Of a DNA stretch of 60,450 nucleotides, positions 13,411-26,526 are shown piece after piece. Position numbers and translations under genes: made by a program. Within the stretch, counting starts at the first letter, position 1, and the number at the start of each line of letters is the position of its first letter. Under the pieces are notes generated by a model, which worked only from the letters and a program-made list of their open reading frames with translations, was not told the DNA's origin and did no database searches. Origin of the DNA: Octopus bimaculoides (lineage: Eukaryota); assembly GCF_001194135.2 (NCBI RefSeq), contig NC_068983.1:112205689-112266138 (forward strand). The letters are read 5' to 3'.

Positions 13411-14428
13411 TCAAACTTTAGGATTTGAAAAATTACAAATATCTCCAGCCATATTTTCTTCATTTTTATCATGTTTTAGGGGGCTGGACTTCTTTGGGGA
13501 TGTATCTTTCTGTTCAAACAGTTCTGGTTTACTGATGACACTAATAGTTTCAACAGGGAAAACTGCAGTTGTGTCCAGAGCTTTTATTTTACGAGTCTCT
13601 TTCTTAGAATGTGATCGTCCTGTATCTGCAATTGGTTGATCAGATGCACATTTTCGAGAAGCATCTCTTGATATAAGCAACATCTCTTTTGTATTGTGCT
13701 TTTCAGGTTCAATTGAAGGCTTAGTATTCTTTAACATGCTGTTATTTTTGTCCTTGTTACTACATGAAAACTTAGTATCTATTGGATCAACTCGTCGAAA
13801 ACTTCCACCTTTATGTGTGAAGACAGGTCTTAGAGTGTCAGGGTGAAATATCTGATCAGATTTGGAAAGCACTACTTTCAACTCAAGACCGTCTGTTGCT
13901 TTAGGAGTACTTCCTCTCCTTGGTAAGGCAAGCTTTGATTCTCTTTTGTCAAACTTATGTGAACTTATTCGCCGGAGTGCAGATTTTACAATACCTGGAG
14001 TCTGCATTCTGTCACCACTGTGCAAGGCCATATTATCAACTTTTGTTATATTTCCCCAACTTTTACAAATACCAGTGGCATAGCTTGTGTTTCTGGCAAT
14101 AGGCCGTGTGTCCAAACACTCTAGATCATTGAATAATGAGGTTCCTTTTTGCGACCCTGTACGAGTGTGAATAGCAACGAGATCTCTTCCATCATCATGA
14201 ACTGATGCATTGGTAAAAATTTGATGGGATACAGTCGGAGATGTCTTTGACACATCAGAACGAGTATTACTTGCAACTGGAGAAGTTTCAGCTGTATTGC
14301 TTGTTGGACTCTCGATTACAACTGGTACAGCTTTATTACTTGCTGCCATCTGTTCTTCTTTCTCAGCAGCTTCCTTCGAGATTCTCATCAGTTCTTCAAT
14401 TAGTTGACTAGAACTCATTCCTGACATG
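13411..14428 (-). CDS. Guanylyl cyclase terminal exon: long Ser/Thr/Lys-rich C-terminal tail
   Basis: 1017-nt open frame in otherwise stop-rich DNA. Polypyrimidine acceptor ttcctttctctttaaattgacag|C ATG. The phase-2 AG of the prior exon plus C gives Ser in frame. Stop TGA at 13411-13413. Confidence 0.85.
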
Positions 14429-14639
14429 CTGTCAATTTAAAGAGAAAGGAAAATTTCATGAAATAAAATTCTTATGAAGAATTTTGCTCATTATCAATAA
14501 AACATTAAGCAACATCAACAACAATTGAAACAATGATAATTAAGAACTTTTATTTGGTGGTTTCATAAATATGGACATTTTCTAAATAACAATTTTGTAT
14601 TTGCCAGAAAATTTCTAATGATTGTAAGTGCAAACATGG

Positions 14640-14762
14640 TTGTATGTTTAAGAAGTTTGCCTCTAAAATATATGGTTTTAGGTTATTAAATTCCCACTGC
14701 ATGGTACCTTGGGCAAGTGTCTTCAACTATAGCCCAGGTCCAACCAAAACCTTGTATATATA

Positions 14763-14793
<31 letters not shown>

Positions 14794-15010
14794 CTCCTTG
14801 TCTTGTCATCAGTTAATAAATGCAAACAAGTGTCACCATCACACAAGTAGTGTCATTTGTTTACAATCTTCTGTGAAAACGTATTCGGTCATGAGGAAAC
14901 ATTACCTTGTTTAGAAACAGATGAGGGTAAGCAATAGTAAAGGTTCTTAGAAATAGAAATTCTGCCTCAATGAATCCCATGCAAACATGAAAAGGTGGGT
15001 ATCAAAATAT
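14640..15010 (+). mobile_element. Family-B-headed SINE with an RTE-like tail
   Basis: ggtaccttgggcaagtgtcttcaactatagcc head, (TG)n, and a tail cccatgcaaacatgaaaaggtg resembling the RTE 3' end. Similar layout at ~28490-29130; head only at 44415-44510. Confidence 0.6.
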
Positions 15011-15750
15011 ATTACGATTTGTGTTAGGGAATGGGAACTTCTAATGTTTACATGTAAGTAGTATTTTAAATAAAGCATAAACTATGGTGCACATAGATTG
15101 CATCTATAATCAACAAAGAAAAAGTGACAACAAGAATGATGACAGACACAAATTGATGAATAAAACTTTACAAGTATTTTCTGTCTCACAACAATTCTTT
15201 TGGCTTTCTGATGAATTCATGTGAAACCACTTTACTATTGTTATTACTTCAACTTGTGTAGCTGCTATTACTACTATAACATCAACCATTATTATTACTG
15301 CTGTTATTGAGGACGAGAAAGCATTGCTTAATGCAAGCATTATAGAACAAGATGCAAAGTTATCAGGAAAGCTGTTCTACTTGGTTTCCACATTGTCAGG
15401 GAATGGCATATCTTGCATAAAATATGAAGTGAAAGGAAATATAAATTTCCTGAAACACTCTCAAAGTTTTACATTTGAAATTATTTACTCCATCTAAGTT
15501 GCCAGCTCTAGGATTTTCAAAATTTTTTTAACCAGAATCTTAAAATTTACTATTAATAAGTTATATTTTTACAAACATTTATGAACATAATAAATCATGT
15601 AATACATTTACATTTCATGAATAAACAGGAGACATTCTACATTAAACCTAAACAATATAATTTTTATTTCGCTTTTTGCATTTTATTTTAGTTTGCATGA
15701 TTCTTGATCTTGAACTCATGCATTGAAACAAATTTTATAATATCTTTGGA

Positions 15751-16086
15751 GGACCATTTGCCAATAATAAACATCCATACAGGTTCAATTTCACTTCTTT
15801 TTTATTTGTCGATTAATTAATTATTTAACTGACCAATTAATCAATTACTTGCTTTATGTTGGTTAAACAATCATTCAATTTGAAGCAGACCTGAAGGAGA
15901 GAAGGCATATCCTTCATGCAATTGCAAATGGCAATGAAAGCACTTTGACAAGCAATTGACTGATTGTTCAACTGACTGATTAAGCAAGCAATGGATTAAT
16001 TGTTTAGGTAAATAACTAACCAAGTGACTAATAATAAAAAAGTAGAACTGAATTAGTGCATGTGTTTATTATTTGTGTAATGACCC
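15751..16086. mobile_element. Old MITE-like imperfect inverted repeat
   Basis: The left arm gaccatt..aataataaac..ttcacttcttttttatt pairs loosely with the right arm. Related sequence at ~32665-32830. Confidence 0.45.
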
Positions 16087-16576
16087 TACCAAGATACAAC
16101 AAAATGCAATTTTAACAATCATTAATTAGCATCTCAAAAGCTACATATATCAGAATCTACTACAGACTTTATTCATACCTTGCAACTTTCAATTTGAGAC
16201 TTTTAACAGCAGTGTGCACCTTTACTTATTTTGAAGAAGACGTATGAGATACCTTTGTTATAAGTTCACAACAAAATACTATACATCATTTGAAAATAGT
16301 GAACTCAAGTTAGGTGATGCAATTGAAGGACTGCCATTAGAACAAGTTCTAATAAATGTTAATTATCATAACTCACAATCACCAACATATTTCATTAATA
16401 TGGTATCAAAGTCTTTAAAGCATATTCAATGTAATTCTTGTTATTCTATTTATCTGACGATTATCAGAAAGGATTTTTGACATGGTAAGATTCATAAATG
16501 ACAAAATTGCTGTGCCAAAGAATGCTTTTGTTATTTGTGTAGATACACAAACTCACTACTAAATGGTATGCAAATC

Positions 16577-16616
<40 letters not shown>

Positions 16617-16619
16617 AAT

Positions 16620-17877
16620 GAATCCAGGCAGGGATAGACATATTCTCGAAGGAAATCTCTGTGTTAGACCGAAAAGAGAAAGGGGGGCTTAAAAGTGAAC
16701 AAAATACAGGGCACTGAAAAGTAAGTATTATATTGAAAGAAAGGGCCTGAAAGTGGTAATGGAGGAACGGAAACACAGCCACATTGCAAAGACAGCAAAG
16801 ATGGTAAGATACGACCAAAGAATGGACAGTAGACAAACTAAACAGCTTAGACAGAAAGACAAGGAAGTTGCTAACTAGATAAGGGTTGCTGCACCCAAAA
16901 GGTGACACAGACAGACTGTATGTACCAAGAAAATCAGGGGGAAGAGGACTTATTGGATGTGAACACAGCATTAGAGCAGTAGAAAACAACACAGCATGGT
17001 ATGTAAAAAATGCCACAGAACCACTATTATTAGAAGTAAGAAGGTCAGACTTGTGTAGGATGAAAGATTGCAAAGATGTTGAAGATAAGACAGTCAGAAA
17101 AAATATGACTGTAAAGGACTAAAAGTGATTTAAAACTGGAAACAGAGGCTCAAATTTGTGCTGCCCAAAAGCAAGCATTAAGAACAAACTACATAAAATA
17201 CAGAATAGACAACACAACAGAAAGTGGTAAGTGCAGAATCTGTGGACTAATCAGTGAAACCGTATGGCATATTACCAGCCAATGTATGCCACTAGCCCAG
17301 GAGGAATATAAGAGACGTGATGACAATATAGCCAGGCTTGATCATTGGACACTTTGCAACAAGTATGGACTTGACAGAGCAAAAAATTGGTATAACCACA
17401 AGCCTGAAGGCGTCGTCGAAAATAGAAATGCAAAGATCCAATGGGATTTTGTGATTCAGTGTGACCATGAGATAGAGAATAGGAAGCCAGACATAGTCTT
17501 AATTGAGAAAGAAAACAAACTATACTGGATCATAGATTTAGCATGCCCAGCTGACAACAAGGTATGTGATAAGGAAGAAAGAAAAGTTGAGAGATATGAC
17601 AGGTTAGCTTGGGAAGTTAAGCAGTTGTGGCCGATGAAAATGGTAGTAGTAGTACCAATAATTGGCAGAGCCCTGGGAACAGTGAGCAAAAATCTTGAGA
17701 AGTATGTGGAACAAATAGGGGCTACAATAAGGGTGGAGCACTTGCAGAAAACAGCACTGCTTGGAACTGTCCAAATACTTCGGAAGGTGCTTGAAAAATA
17801 AGAGGTGTTATCTTAGTTCAATGGCGATGAACAGCTGACACTGTAGTACATCTCCAGCGTTAGAAGCTGTGCAAAGC
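16620..17877 (+). mobile_element. 3' fragment of an R4/Dong-clade non-LTR retrotransposon with restriction-like endonuclease
   Basis: LYVPRKSGGRGL, LKLETEAQICAAQKQALRTN, CCHC knuckle CRICGLISETVWHITSQC, and RKPDIVLI..IIDLACPAD..K (PD-D-K). Flanked by (TAA)n on the left and (GAT)n(AAT)n on the right. Confidence 0.9.
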
Positions 17878-20800
17878 AATGATGATGATGATGATGATGA
17901 TGATGATAATAATAATAATAATAATAATAATGATATTTTATAAAAATTTCTAACTGTTTCAGATTCTACTCAATAGTCAATTGTTACAATTATGCACAAA
18001 TATTGGTTTAGGAAGTACAAAAAATGTTATTTATACCGTTAACTGTTAATATGAACTTGCTTACAAAGTCTACTTCTATAATTACTATGGTGTTCTTAAC
18101 ATGAAAATAATTAGAAGTTTTACTATTTGGAATGTTATTCTTAACGACAATATTTGTAATACTATCAATTTTTAATAATTGATAATCACTGTGTATCTTT
18201 ATAGCTTGAAGAAAGTTTTATGTCTCTTCACAAAAATAAAGATATTAACGCTTAGCATCATGCTGAAAATTTTCAAAGTCAAAAGCCCAGTCATGTAATG
18301 AATCTGTTCCAGAACAGGAGTTTGAGTGTTTTCCTTTCATTAAAGTTTGTCTTATTTCCTTCAAAATGAATGTAAACAAAGTTAATTTGATTCTTGTGAT
18401 ATCATACATTTCAGGACTGACTGACTTAATGTATCCTATGGGAAGAGACCTTTTCTACAATCTCAATTTGTGGACTAACTACTATGCACATGGATTCTCC
18501 TCAAATTTTTAAGAGTGAAAATGTGTAATGCTATTACTACTCCTAAACAATTTTATTTTAAAGAAAAAACATTTTATTATTGTTTATGTTGTGAAGAGAG
18601 AATCACTTGTTTATTGAAAGGAGATAATTAAAGCCAGTAATATATTTGCCCAGATTTTAGTTAGAAAAATCCTAATAAACTAAGAATGATGGTAGATTAT
18701 ATATGTGCTCCAAGTAAAAATTGTGCCATTGTTTTTGCAGTCATTTTAAATTTTCCAAGTTAATATATGGAATTCAACCACTGGAAAAAGTTTTCTATTG
18801 ATTTCCTGAGGCCAAAGGAGTCATATGTAAAAAATAAGTATATTTTGGTTACACAACATTCATATTTGTTCACTGATGTCGAGATATCAGTATTGTGACT
18901 CTCATTATTGATCAGCTATTTATGCTAGCTGATGATCTAGCTTGTATGAAAGTTTTAAATTTTGGGAGAATAAATTATAACCAAAATACTCTATACAGAC
19001 TATAGAGAAATGGCCAATATGCATAGTGTAATGGCATATTATTGGAGACTGCACAATTAGCCTTGAAGATTACAGATCTCCATATATTCCAATGGGAATT
19101 ATATCTCTAAGAAGTTTTACATTCAATGAAGTCACTGTTATGAACAGAAACTAAATATATAGCACATAAAAGAGACTTTCTTTTCTCAAGTTATACAAAG
19201 AATAGTGAAACTAAACTTGTTGAATGATATCTGAAGATAATGTTTTCTTATGAAAACAGATCCTTTAGTTCAAAAGCTTTGCTGGTAGGTAACAATTTAT
19301 ATTATTCAGCTATTAGATTTAATGGAGGACAAGATGATACTGTAAATTGCAGAAATTTTGTTACTTATCCAATGTAAAATTTGTTTTACCATTTTAGTCA
19401 AAAGGGAAGACATAACCTATGACACTCTACAATTCCTCCAAGACTGATGGTTAGGTGAGAGGTAAATATCTTTAAACAGGAGATCTAGCTTGAATTCATG
19501 CAACAAGATAGACTGCCAAAGACAAACATGATGCTGAGTATTGGTGTTAAACTGAGGAATGAATTAGGTTGACAACCCAAACTGCCCTCAATGGGAGCAG
19601 ATCTCAGAAACTAGTGGGTTGGAACAAATACTGCAAAGCATTTGTTTAAGTTACAAGGATGCAAACAAGCCAACACTGGTTGTCATGTGCAGATACACAC
19701 ATATATACATATATATATGTATACATATCCATATATATACATAAAGATACACACACAAACACACACATAAAATAGGCTTCCACAGAGTTTCTGTGTACCA
19801 AATCCACTCACAAGGCATTTGCCAGCCCAGGTCTAAAATAGAAGACACTTGCTCAAGCTGCCACAAAGTGGGACTGAACCTGAAACAACATAGCTGCCCA
19901 GTGAGCGTGTTAATTATATAGCCATGCTTGCACCTATAGTTAATAAAACTTTAATAAAGTTGCTTTTTTATGTTTGTACATCTCATAATTCTTTTTATAA
20001 TATTAATAATACTAATGTTGATCCACAAATGGATATCAGTGTACCTACATCAGTTGATAATGTTTTACATTGTAGGCATTATATTTTGTGTACTCAGTGA
20101 CATTTGGGTCTCTAAGCTATGGAAACTGCTGTGAAATATGAGATTTGTTATGTGCATATGTGTGGAGTGTTTGAAATATAATTTCAATCAGGAATTATTT
20201 TGGGAGTCGAGTAAGAAAAACAACAACAGGAATGGCAACAAAATGGAATTTTTTAAATAAAACTAATGGAAAAATTTTTCTGTCTATAAAAGTAGACGAA
20301 AGTATTATATCCACCAGAAAGTATTGTATAGTATGTTATTTCACTACTGTTAAGTATAATATTCTACAAAATCACCATCAGTATTTCTCAATAAATGGTT
20401 ATGTTTAGAGGTAAATATCCTGAAACAAGTGTAAGCACATACACAAGACAATAGTATGCATCTTTTGAAGAATTACCCCTCCTCCCATAACATATGAACA
20501 ATACATAAATACTAAAAACATAAATACAAAGAAGGAAATTAACAATATTTAAATATTCTGATTCTGACTTATAGTGAAGTAAGAAAATCTTAATTAGGCT
20601 TCTACGTATATGTGTGTGAGCTCGTATGAAATTAAAGTAAAATATTTTATTAATGCTTAATCATTGTTGTTTAGCCCTAGGTCAGAACTGAAAGAATAGA
20701 CTGATGATCAAAGACATTTCAGGCTTGACCACCCCTTCTTTGTGTATACCTAAAATTCATTGGTCAATGTTTCTCTCCTGCTTTAAGATAATGGTATGCA

Positions 20801-20895
20801 TTTTAAGAGAGTTTTATTTTTAATCCTAATAACTCAACTGAGGACGTAGAGGGCCTCTTGCTGGGGTCTCAAGTAAGAAATAGATGAAAAGTCTG

Positions 20896-21130
20896 TTAAC
20901 CTATTTAGCTCATTAATATTCACGTTACTGTCAAATGTATTGCTTATTTATTCACATTGTTTTGAATTAATCACGCGTTATCTTGTAGCTTGAGAATTTT
21001 GATGATGTGATTATTTATTCTAAGAATGACATTCTAGGACAGGTGTGAGAGATTGCATCTGGTCAGTTTCAATGCAAAACAGATAGAATATCTGGGCTAG
21101 ATATGTCCAGATTATATGCTAAAAGGTTTA
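20896..21130. mobile_element. piggyBac-like MITE remnant
   Basis: TTAA-CCTATTTAGC ... ATGCTAAAAGG-TTTA termini. Homologous copy at ~32425-32640. Confidence 0.45.
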
Positions 21131-22333
21131 TGTTGAGCCATTCACATTCTCTAATGAATCATTTAGTTAGCATATAATTTGGTTTAAGGTCACACTCTTA
21201 TATCTTTCATCTTTTATTTATGTTGGTCATTCGACTGCAGCCATGCTGAGGCACCACTTTGAAGAACTTTAATGGAACTTATTAACCACAGTACTTATTA
21301 TTTTTTGTAAAGCCCAGTAATTATTCCATCGGTCTGTTTTGCTGAACTGCTAAATTATGGAAACATAAACATACCAACAACAGTTGTCAAGTGGTGAAGG
21401 GGACAAACACATACACAGAGACACACACACACACACAATGGGATTCTTTCAGTTTCCATCCATCAAATCCTCTCACAAGGCTTTGGTCAGCCTCAGGCTA
21501 TAGTAGAAGGCACTTGCGTAAGGTGCCACACAGTGGGACTGGACCTGGAATCATGTAGTTGGGAAGCAAACTTCTTATCCCTCAGCCATGCCTGCTCCAT
21601 ATATTTAATACAGGAGGAAAAAATTTGTTTGATTGAACTTATCCATGTACTAATTAGACAAACTATCCCTAGAGTTGTTTAAAATAAAAAAAAAATTACA
21701 ACAGTTAGAAGAAGAGAACTCTAAAATCAATGGAAATCTTGGTAAAATATGTATGAGAATGGTCTTGAAATCAAATGGCGAAAGCATGAGACTTGTCCTT
21801 ATCTCAATGAACTATTTTCTGCTATGATTGCAATACTAAGATTGATTGTTCTTTATAAAGAAATCGAGGTATTGCAAGAATCTGATTATGTATATCAATG
21901 GCTTTCACCAGTTGACTTAAAAACCAGATCCATTCTAACACTGCATTTTCTATATTTTCCAAAATTTCAGTTTATTTCATTAGAATTACGTACCTTGCTT
22001 TTAGATTTTTTTAAGTTCGCAAGAAAGAGGTTTTGTCTGCAAATTGTACGGATAATCTCAGTTAATTGAAGTTTTTCAACTCACTATATTACTCTACAAT
22101 ACCTTTTATCTTTCATCTTTCTTTTCCTTGTTTCAGTCATTAGACTGTGGCCATGCAGGGACACTGCCTTGAGAACGTTTAACTGAATGAATCACCTCCA
22201 GTACTTTTCATTTTTAAAGCCAGGTACTTATTCTCTCATTTTTTTTTTTTTTGCCAAACTGCTAAGTTACAAGAATGTAAACACACCAACACCAGTTGTC
22301 AAGCAGCAGAGGGGGGATAAACACAGACACACA

Positions 22334-22368
<35 letters not shown>

Positions 22369-22737
22369 CACAGTCATACGAGCACCTATATGTATATTTC
22401 GTATGCTGAATATTCTGAGGTATTTTCTTTTAGCCTTACTGTAGGATTTGGTTGTCTGTCACATTATTTGTTTAAGTTTTATTAATATATTTTTTACAGT
22501 TGTTTGTTTGAACTGAATTTTCCCTTTTGTCCAACAAGAACTGGACCTTTCACCTACACACTTTTGGCTTCAGGTCAGTGTGAGAAATTAATTTTCTTTG
22601 TGTTTATTGATACCTAAATCTAGCTCTCTATATATATATATGTATAAAGTTTTGTCTACATTCATTTGTTTACGCACATTCATATATATATATTCATTTG
22701 TTTATATACATATACATATATGTATACATATTTATTT

Positions 22738-22777
<40 letters not shown>

Positions 22778-22787
22778 NNNNNNNNNN

Positions 22788-22829
<42 letters not shown>

Positions 22830-23041
22830 TTATTTGTTTATATATATATATATATATATATATAGTTGCATGCTTTACATATGTGTGTGTGTGTTTGTGT
22901 GTGTGTGTAAATAAAATAGTTTGAAAGCAAATTTTGCAATATCTCCCATGTGGCAGAGGAAATAAGTGATTCATTCAACATATTTACTTCTGTTGCAACT
23001 AAAATTAGCAATCAATAAAAAGAAATATTGATTTTAATTAC

Positions 23042-23121
23042 CTTTTTGTTGGATCAGCTGGCAGCTTCTTATCAAATCCTTCTTTACCAACAAGCCAGTA
23101 TGTGTTTGCTATTCCTTTACC
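23042..23121 (-). CDS. Guanylyl cyclase, end of catalytic domain
   Basis: GKGIANTYWLVGKEGFDKKLPADPTK. The KGKG..TYWL motif spans the previous junction. Acceptor ttttag|GGT, donor AG|gtaatt; 80 nt, phase 0/2. Confidence 0.95.
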
Positions 23122-23292
23122 CTAAAACAAAAGCAAAGAAGAAGACAATGTTAATTTAAATAAATATATATATATGTGTATATATAGAATTTAAATTTAG
23201 TGCTGTTTTCATTTTACTTGAAACCATTTTAAACAACATGCATGTATGTCATAATTCAAGTAAATAAATTATAATGACAATGACATTATTCC

Positions 23293-23520
23293 ATGACTGC
23301 TACCACCACTGCCACTACTGCTACTGCTACTGCTGATGATGATGGTGGTGGTGGTGGTGGTGGTAGTGGTGGTGGTGAAGTTGGTGGTAGTGTTAATGAT
23401 GATGATGATGATGAGGATGATGATGAGGATGATGACGGTGATGATGATGGTGATGTGGATGATGACGGTGATGACGATGGCGATGATGATGATGATGATG
23501 ACGACGACGATGATGATGTT
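23293..23520. repeat. Compound trinucleotide microsatellite (ACT/GGT/GAT)
   Basis: Read directly from the sequence. Lies in the intron ~170 nt upstream of the acceptor of exon 23042-23121. Confidence 0.9.
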
Positions 23521-24082
23521 ACTGTTCATATTGTAACTGAGTAATTTATCTTATTAGTTATTTCATGCTGCAAGTTGTCATTGGTTACTGGTTTCCAATA
23601 AGCCAGTCATTGGCTCTTTCTTCACTCTTCTGATATGAGAATGTCAAGGGAATATCAGCAGTTTTCTTTTCTTTTCTTATGTGTGTTTCTTGCTAGTATA
23701 TTGTCGATATACACTGGTAAAAGACACATACACACAGACTCTCTCTCTCTCTCTCTCTCTCCCTCTCCCTTTCCCTTTCTCTTCCTCTGTCTTTTTCTCT
23801 CACACACACATACATATACGTATAGAAGAAATTAAAAGAAACAAGAGTTTATGTAATCAATTCCTACATATGTTTCCCCATGGTGGCTGCTTGGAACTTT
23901 GCATTAGGTGTTCTATGTGAATATGAATGCTCAAGCAGCGCAGATCATGAAAGAACAGTTTATTGTAGTCAATTAGAGAGAACTAATAGCAAGAGTTGGG
24001 TAGATGCTGAAAGGTTTGTAGAAACTAATAATATAAACTCTTGTTTATCTTATTTTTGCCTACAGTTGTTATGTATTTCATA

Positions 24083-24466
24083 TTGTTGTTGGCACTCTGT
24101 CACTTACAACGTCGAGAGTTCCAGTTGATCCAATCAACGGAACAGCCTGCTCGTGAAATTAACGTGCAAGTGTCTGAGCATTCCACAGACACGTGTACCC
24201 TTAATGTAGTTCTCGGGGATATTCAGCATGACATAGTGTGACAAGACTGACCCTTTGAATTACAGGCACAACAGAAACAGGAAGTAAGAGTGAGAGAAAG
24301 TTGTGGTGAAAGAGTACAGCAGGGTTTGCCACCATCCCCTGCCGGAGCCTCGTGGAGCTTTAGGTGTTTTCGCTCAATAAACACTCACAACGCCCGGTCT
24401 GGGAATCAAAACCGCGATCCTATGACCGCGAGTCCGCTGCCCTAACCACTGAGCCATTGTGCCTCC
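24083..24466 (-). mobile_element. Full-length tRNA-derived SINE (family A)
   Basis: Box A TGGCTCAGTGG, box B-like GGTTTTGATTCC, (CAA)n tail. Perfect 12-bp TSD atgtatttcata at 24071-24082 and 24467-24478. Confidence 0.9.
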
Positions 24467-24878
24467 ATGTATTTCATAACTAGTAATGAAAATGACCCAT
24501 TTCAGTCATGAATGACCATAGGCTTGCACCTAGAAACTTGCCCCTAAGGCACAAGTTCGTGCAAGGTTGTTTTTATGGAAGACCAGCAGTCGTCCTTGAA
24601 TACCAGTCTCCCCTCTCCACTGATCTTATCCAATGGAAAAGCAAAGGCTGATACTGCTTGGCACCAGTACATTGCAGCTCATTTCTGCAGATGAGTGAAC
24701 TGGAGCAATGTGAGCCCATTCTGAGCTCATGTTCAAGTAATACTAGTACATGGCATATTAGTTACTAGTTACTATAATGGAAATGGACTGGAATATGATA
24801 TTCTACATGGAGCTCTAAACAATACAGTAGAATCATACATCTATTTTTACACACAAGATATACTATATATATATGTAC

Positions 24879-24912
<34 letters not shown>

Positions 24913-26488
24913 CTATCTATCTATCTAACTGTCTCTCTATCTATCTATCTATCTACATATATGTATGTATATGTTTATTTGTTTGTGTTTGTCCCCACCA
25001 CCATTTGACAATCATGGCTGGTTTGTTTACATCCCCATAACTTGGTGGTTCAGCAAAATCAAGTGATATAATAAGTATCACAAATATAATTAAATAAATG
25101 CTGGGGTTGATTTGTTTGATTGTGCCCTTCATAGAAGTGGTCCAGCAGGGCTACAGTCCAATGACTGAAACAAGTGATGATGAAACAGGTGTTTGCAGTG
25201 ATCTTGAATGAATGCATTCAAGCAACCTGTGTATAATTCATGTATCACATCCAAGCACACTACAGGTCTGTAGTTTCTGGCCACATGTGTCCCCTGTTTT
25301 TTTAGCTACTAGTGTTGTTCATACAACAGCCAATTTACCTAGCACAGCAATCTCAGCATTCATTGTTCTTTGGAATAGGTTATCAAGGGCTGCCCTGCAG
25401 AGTGTGGGCATTCTGTACCAATAACTGACTATCAGATCCCACCTAGATGACTTCCTATTTGGCAGTTTTGCAAGGAGTATCAGGAGTTTCAATGTTGATA
25501 TAAGTTTTGACAAAGATATTTATGCAGTACTCACTTCATAATTCACCTAACCACTTTGCCTAAGGGCTGTGTCGTTTGTTTACAAATGACACAACCTCAA
25601 ATGACTCTAGATTATCCACAAGATCCCACCTCAAAATGACTCTAGATTATCCACATGAGGGGCTTTTACAAGCCTGATGGCATGGGCTTTCATACAGTAA
25701 TACATCATTTGTAGATTTGTTGCAAACTTATGATCGATTGATTTTCATTCTCAAAGTTTTCTACAGAACAAAATTGGAAGTTGTTCCCTTGCCTCTTTCA
25801 GTATGTGTCTAAGGGCAATCAACTTGCCCATAAGTGTTTCTTCTCCGTAGTTCCCATAGAGTAGGTATCTGACTAGCTATGAAGCTTCTCTACAGTAAGA
25901 AATTTGTTCAGGCCTGGCCTCCACTTACATGCATTAACTTCTCATCTCTTTACATAAAGCCACTTTTCTCTGCTGTAGTCACACTCATTTGAATAGGTTT
26001 TTAGCCTTGTGAGAAGTATAATAATCCCACTAGTACTGGATTCAGGATTAAAAAAGAGCACCCAGTAGACCCATTGAAGTTGTTGGCATTATGAGGGGCA
26101 TTCAGCTGTAGAAACAATGGCAAAGCAGATACTGGGACATAAACACACCAGCATCAGTTACCAAGCGNNNNNNNNNNNNNNNNNNNNNNNNNNNNNNNNN
26201 NNNNNNNNNNNNNNNNNNNNNNNNNNNNNNNNNNNNNNNNNNNNNNNNNNNNNNNNNNNNNNNNNNNNNNNNNNNNNNNNNNNNNNNNNNNNNNNNNNNN
26301 NNNNNNNNNNNNNNNNNNNNNNNNNNNNNNNNNNNNNNNNNNNNNNNNNNNNNNNNNNNNNNNNNNNNNNNNNNNNNNNNNNNNNNNNNNNNNNNNNNNN
26401 NNNNNNNNNNNNNNNNNNNNNNNNNNNNNNNNNNNNNNNNNNNNGTGGTTGGTAAGCAAGCTACTTACCACACAGCCACTCCTGCACC

Positions 26489-26526
<38 letters not shown>

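Noticed and set aside
13411-13430. C-terminal PDZ-binding motif
   Set aside because: The tail ends NPKV; Pro at position -2 fits neither class I nor class II well.
15110-15470. Possible extra GC exon in the last intron
   Set aside because: The candidate acceptor at ~15450 meets stops in all three minus frames. Exon 23042-23121 already joins 14428 in frame.
23293-23544. Poly-Gly/poly-Asp ORF resembling an acidic biomineral protein
   Set aside because: Pure trinucleotide repeat inside an intron, with no supporting gene structure.
24420-24466. SINE heads as functional tRNA genes (also 33240-33288, 55570-55637)
   Set aside because: They are attached to repeat bodies, with TSDs in the family A copies, and lack complete cloverleaves.
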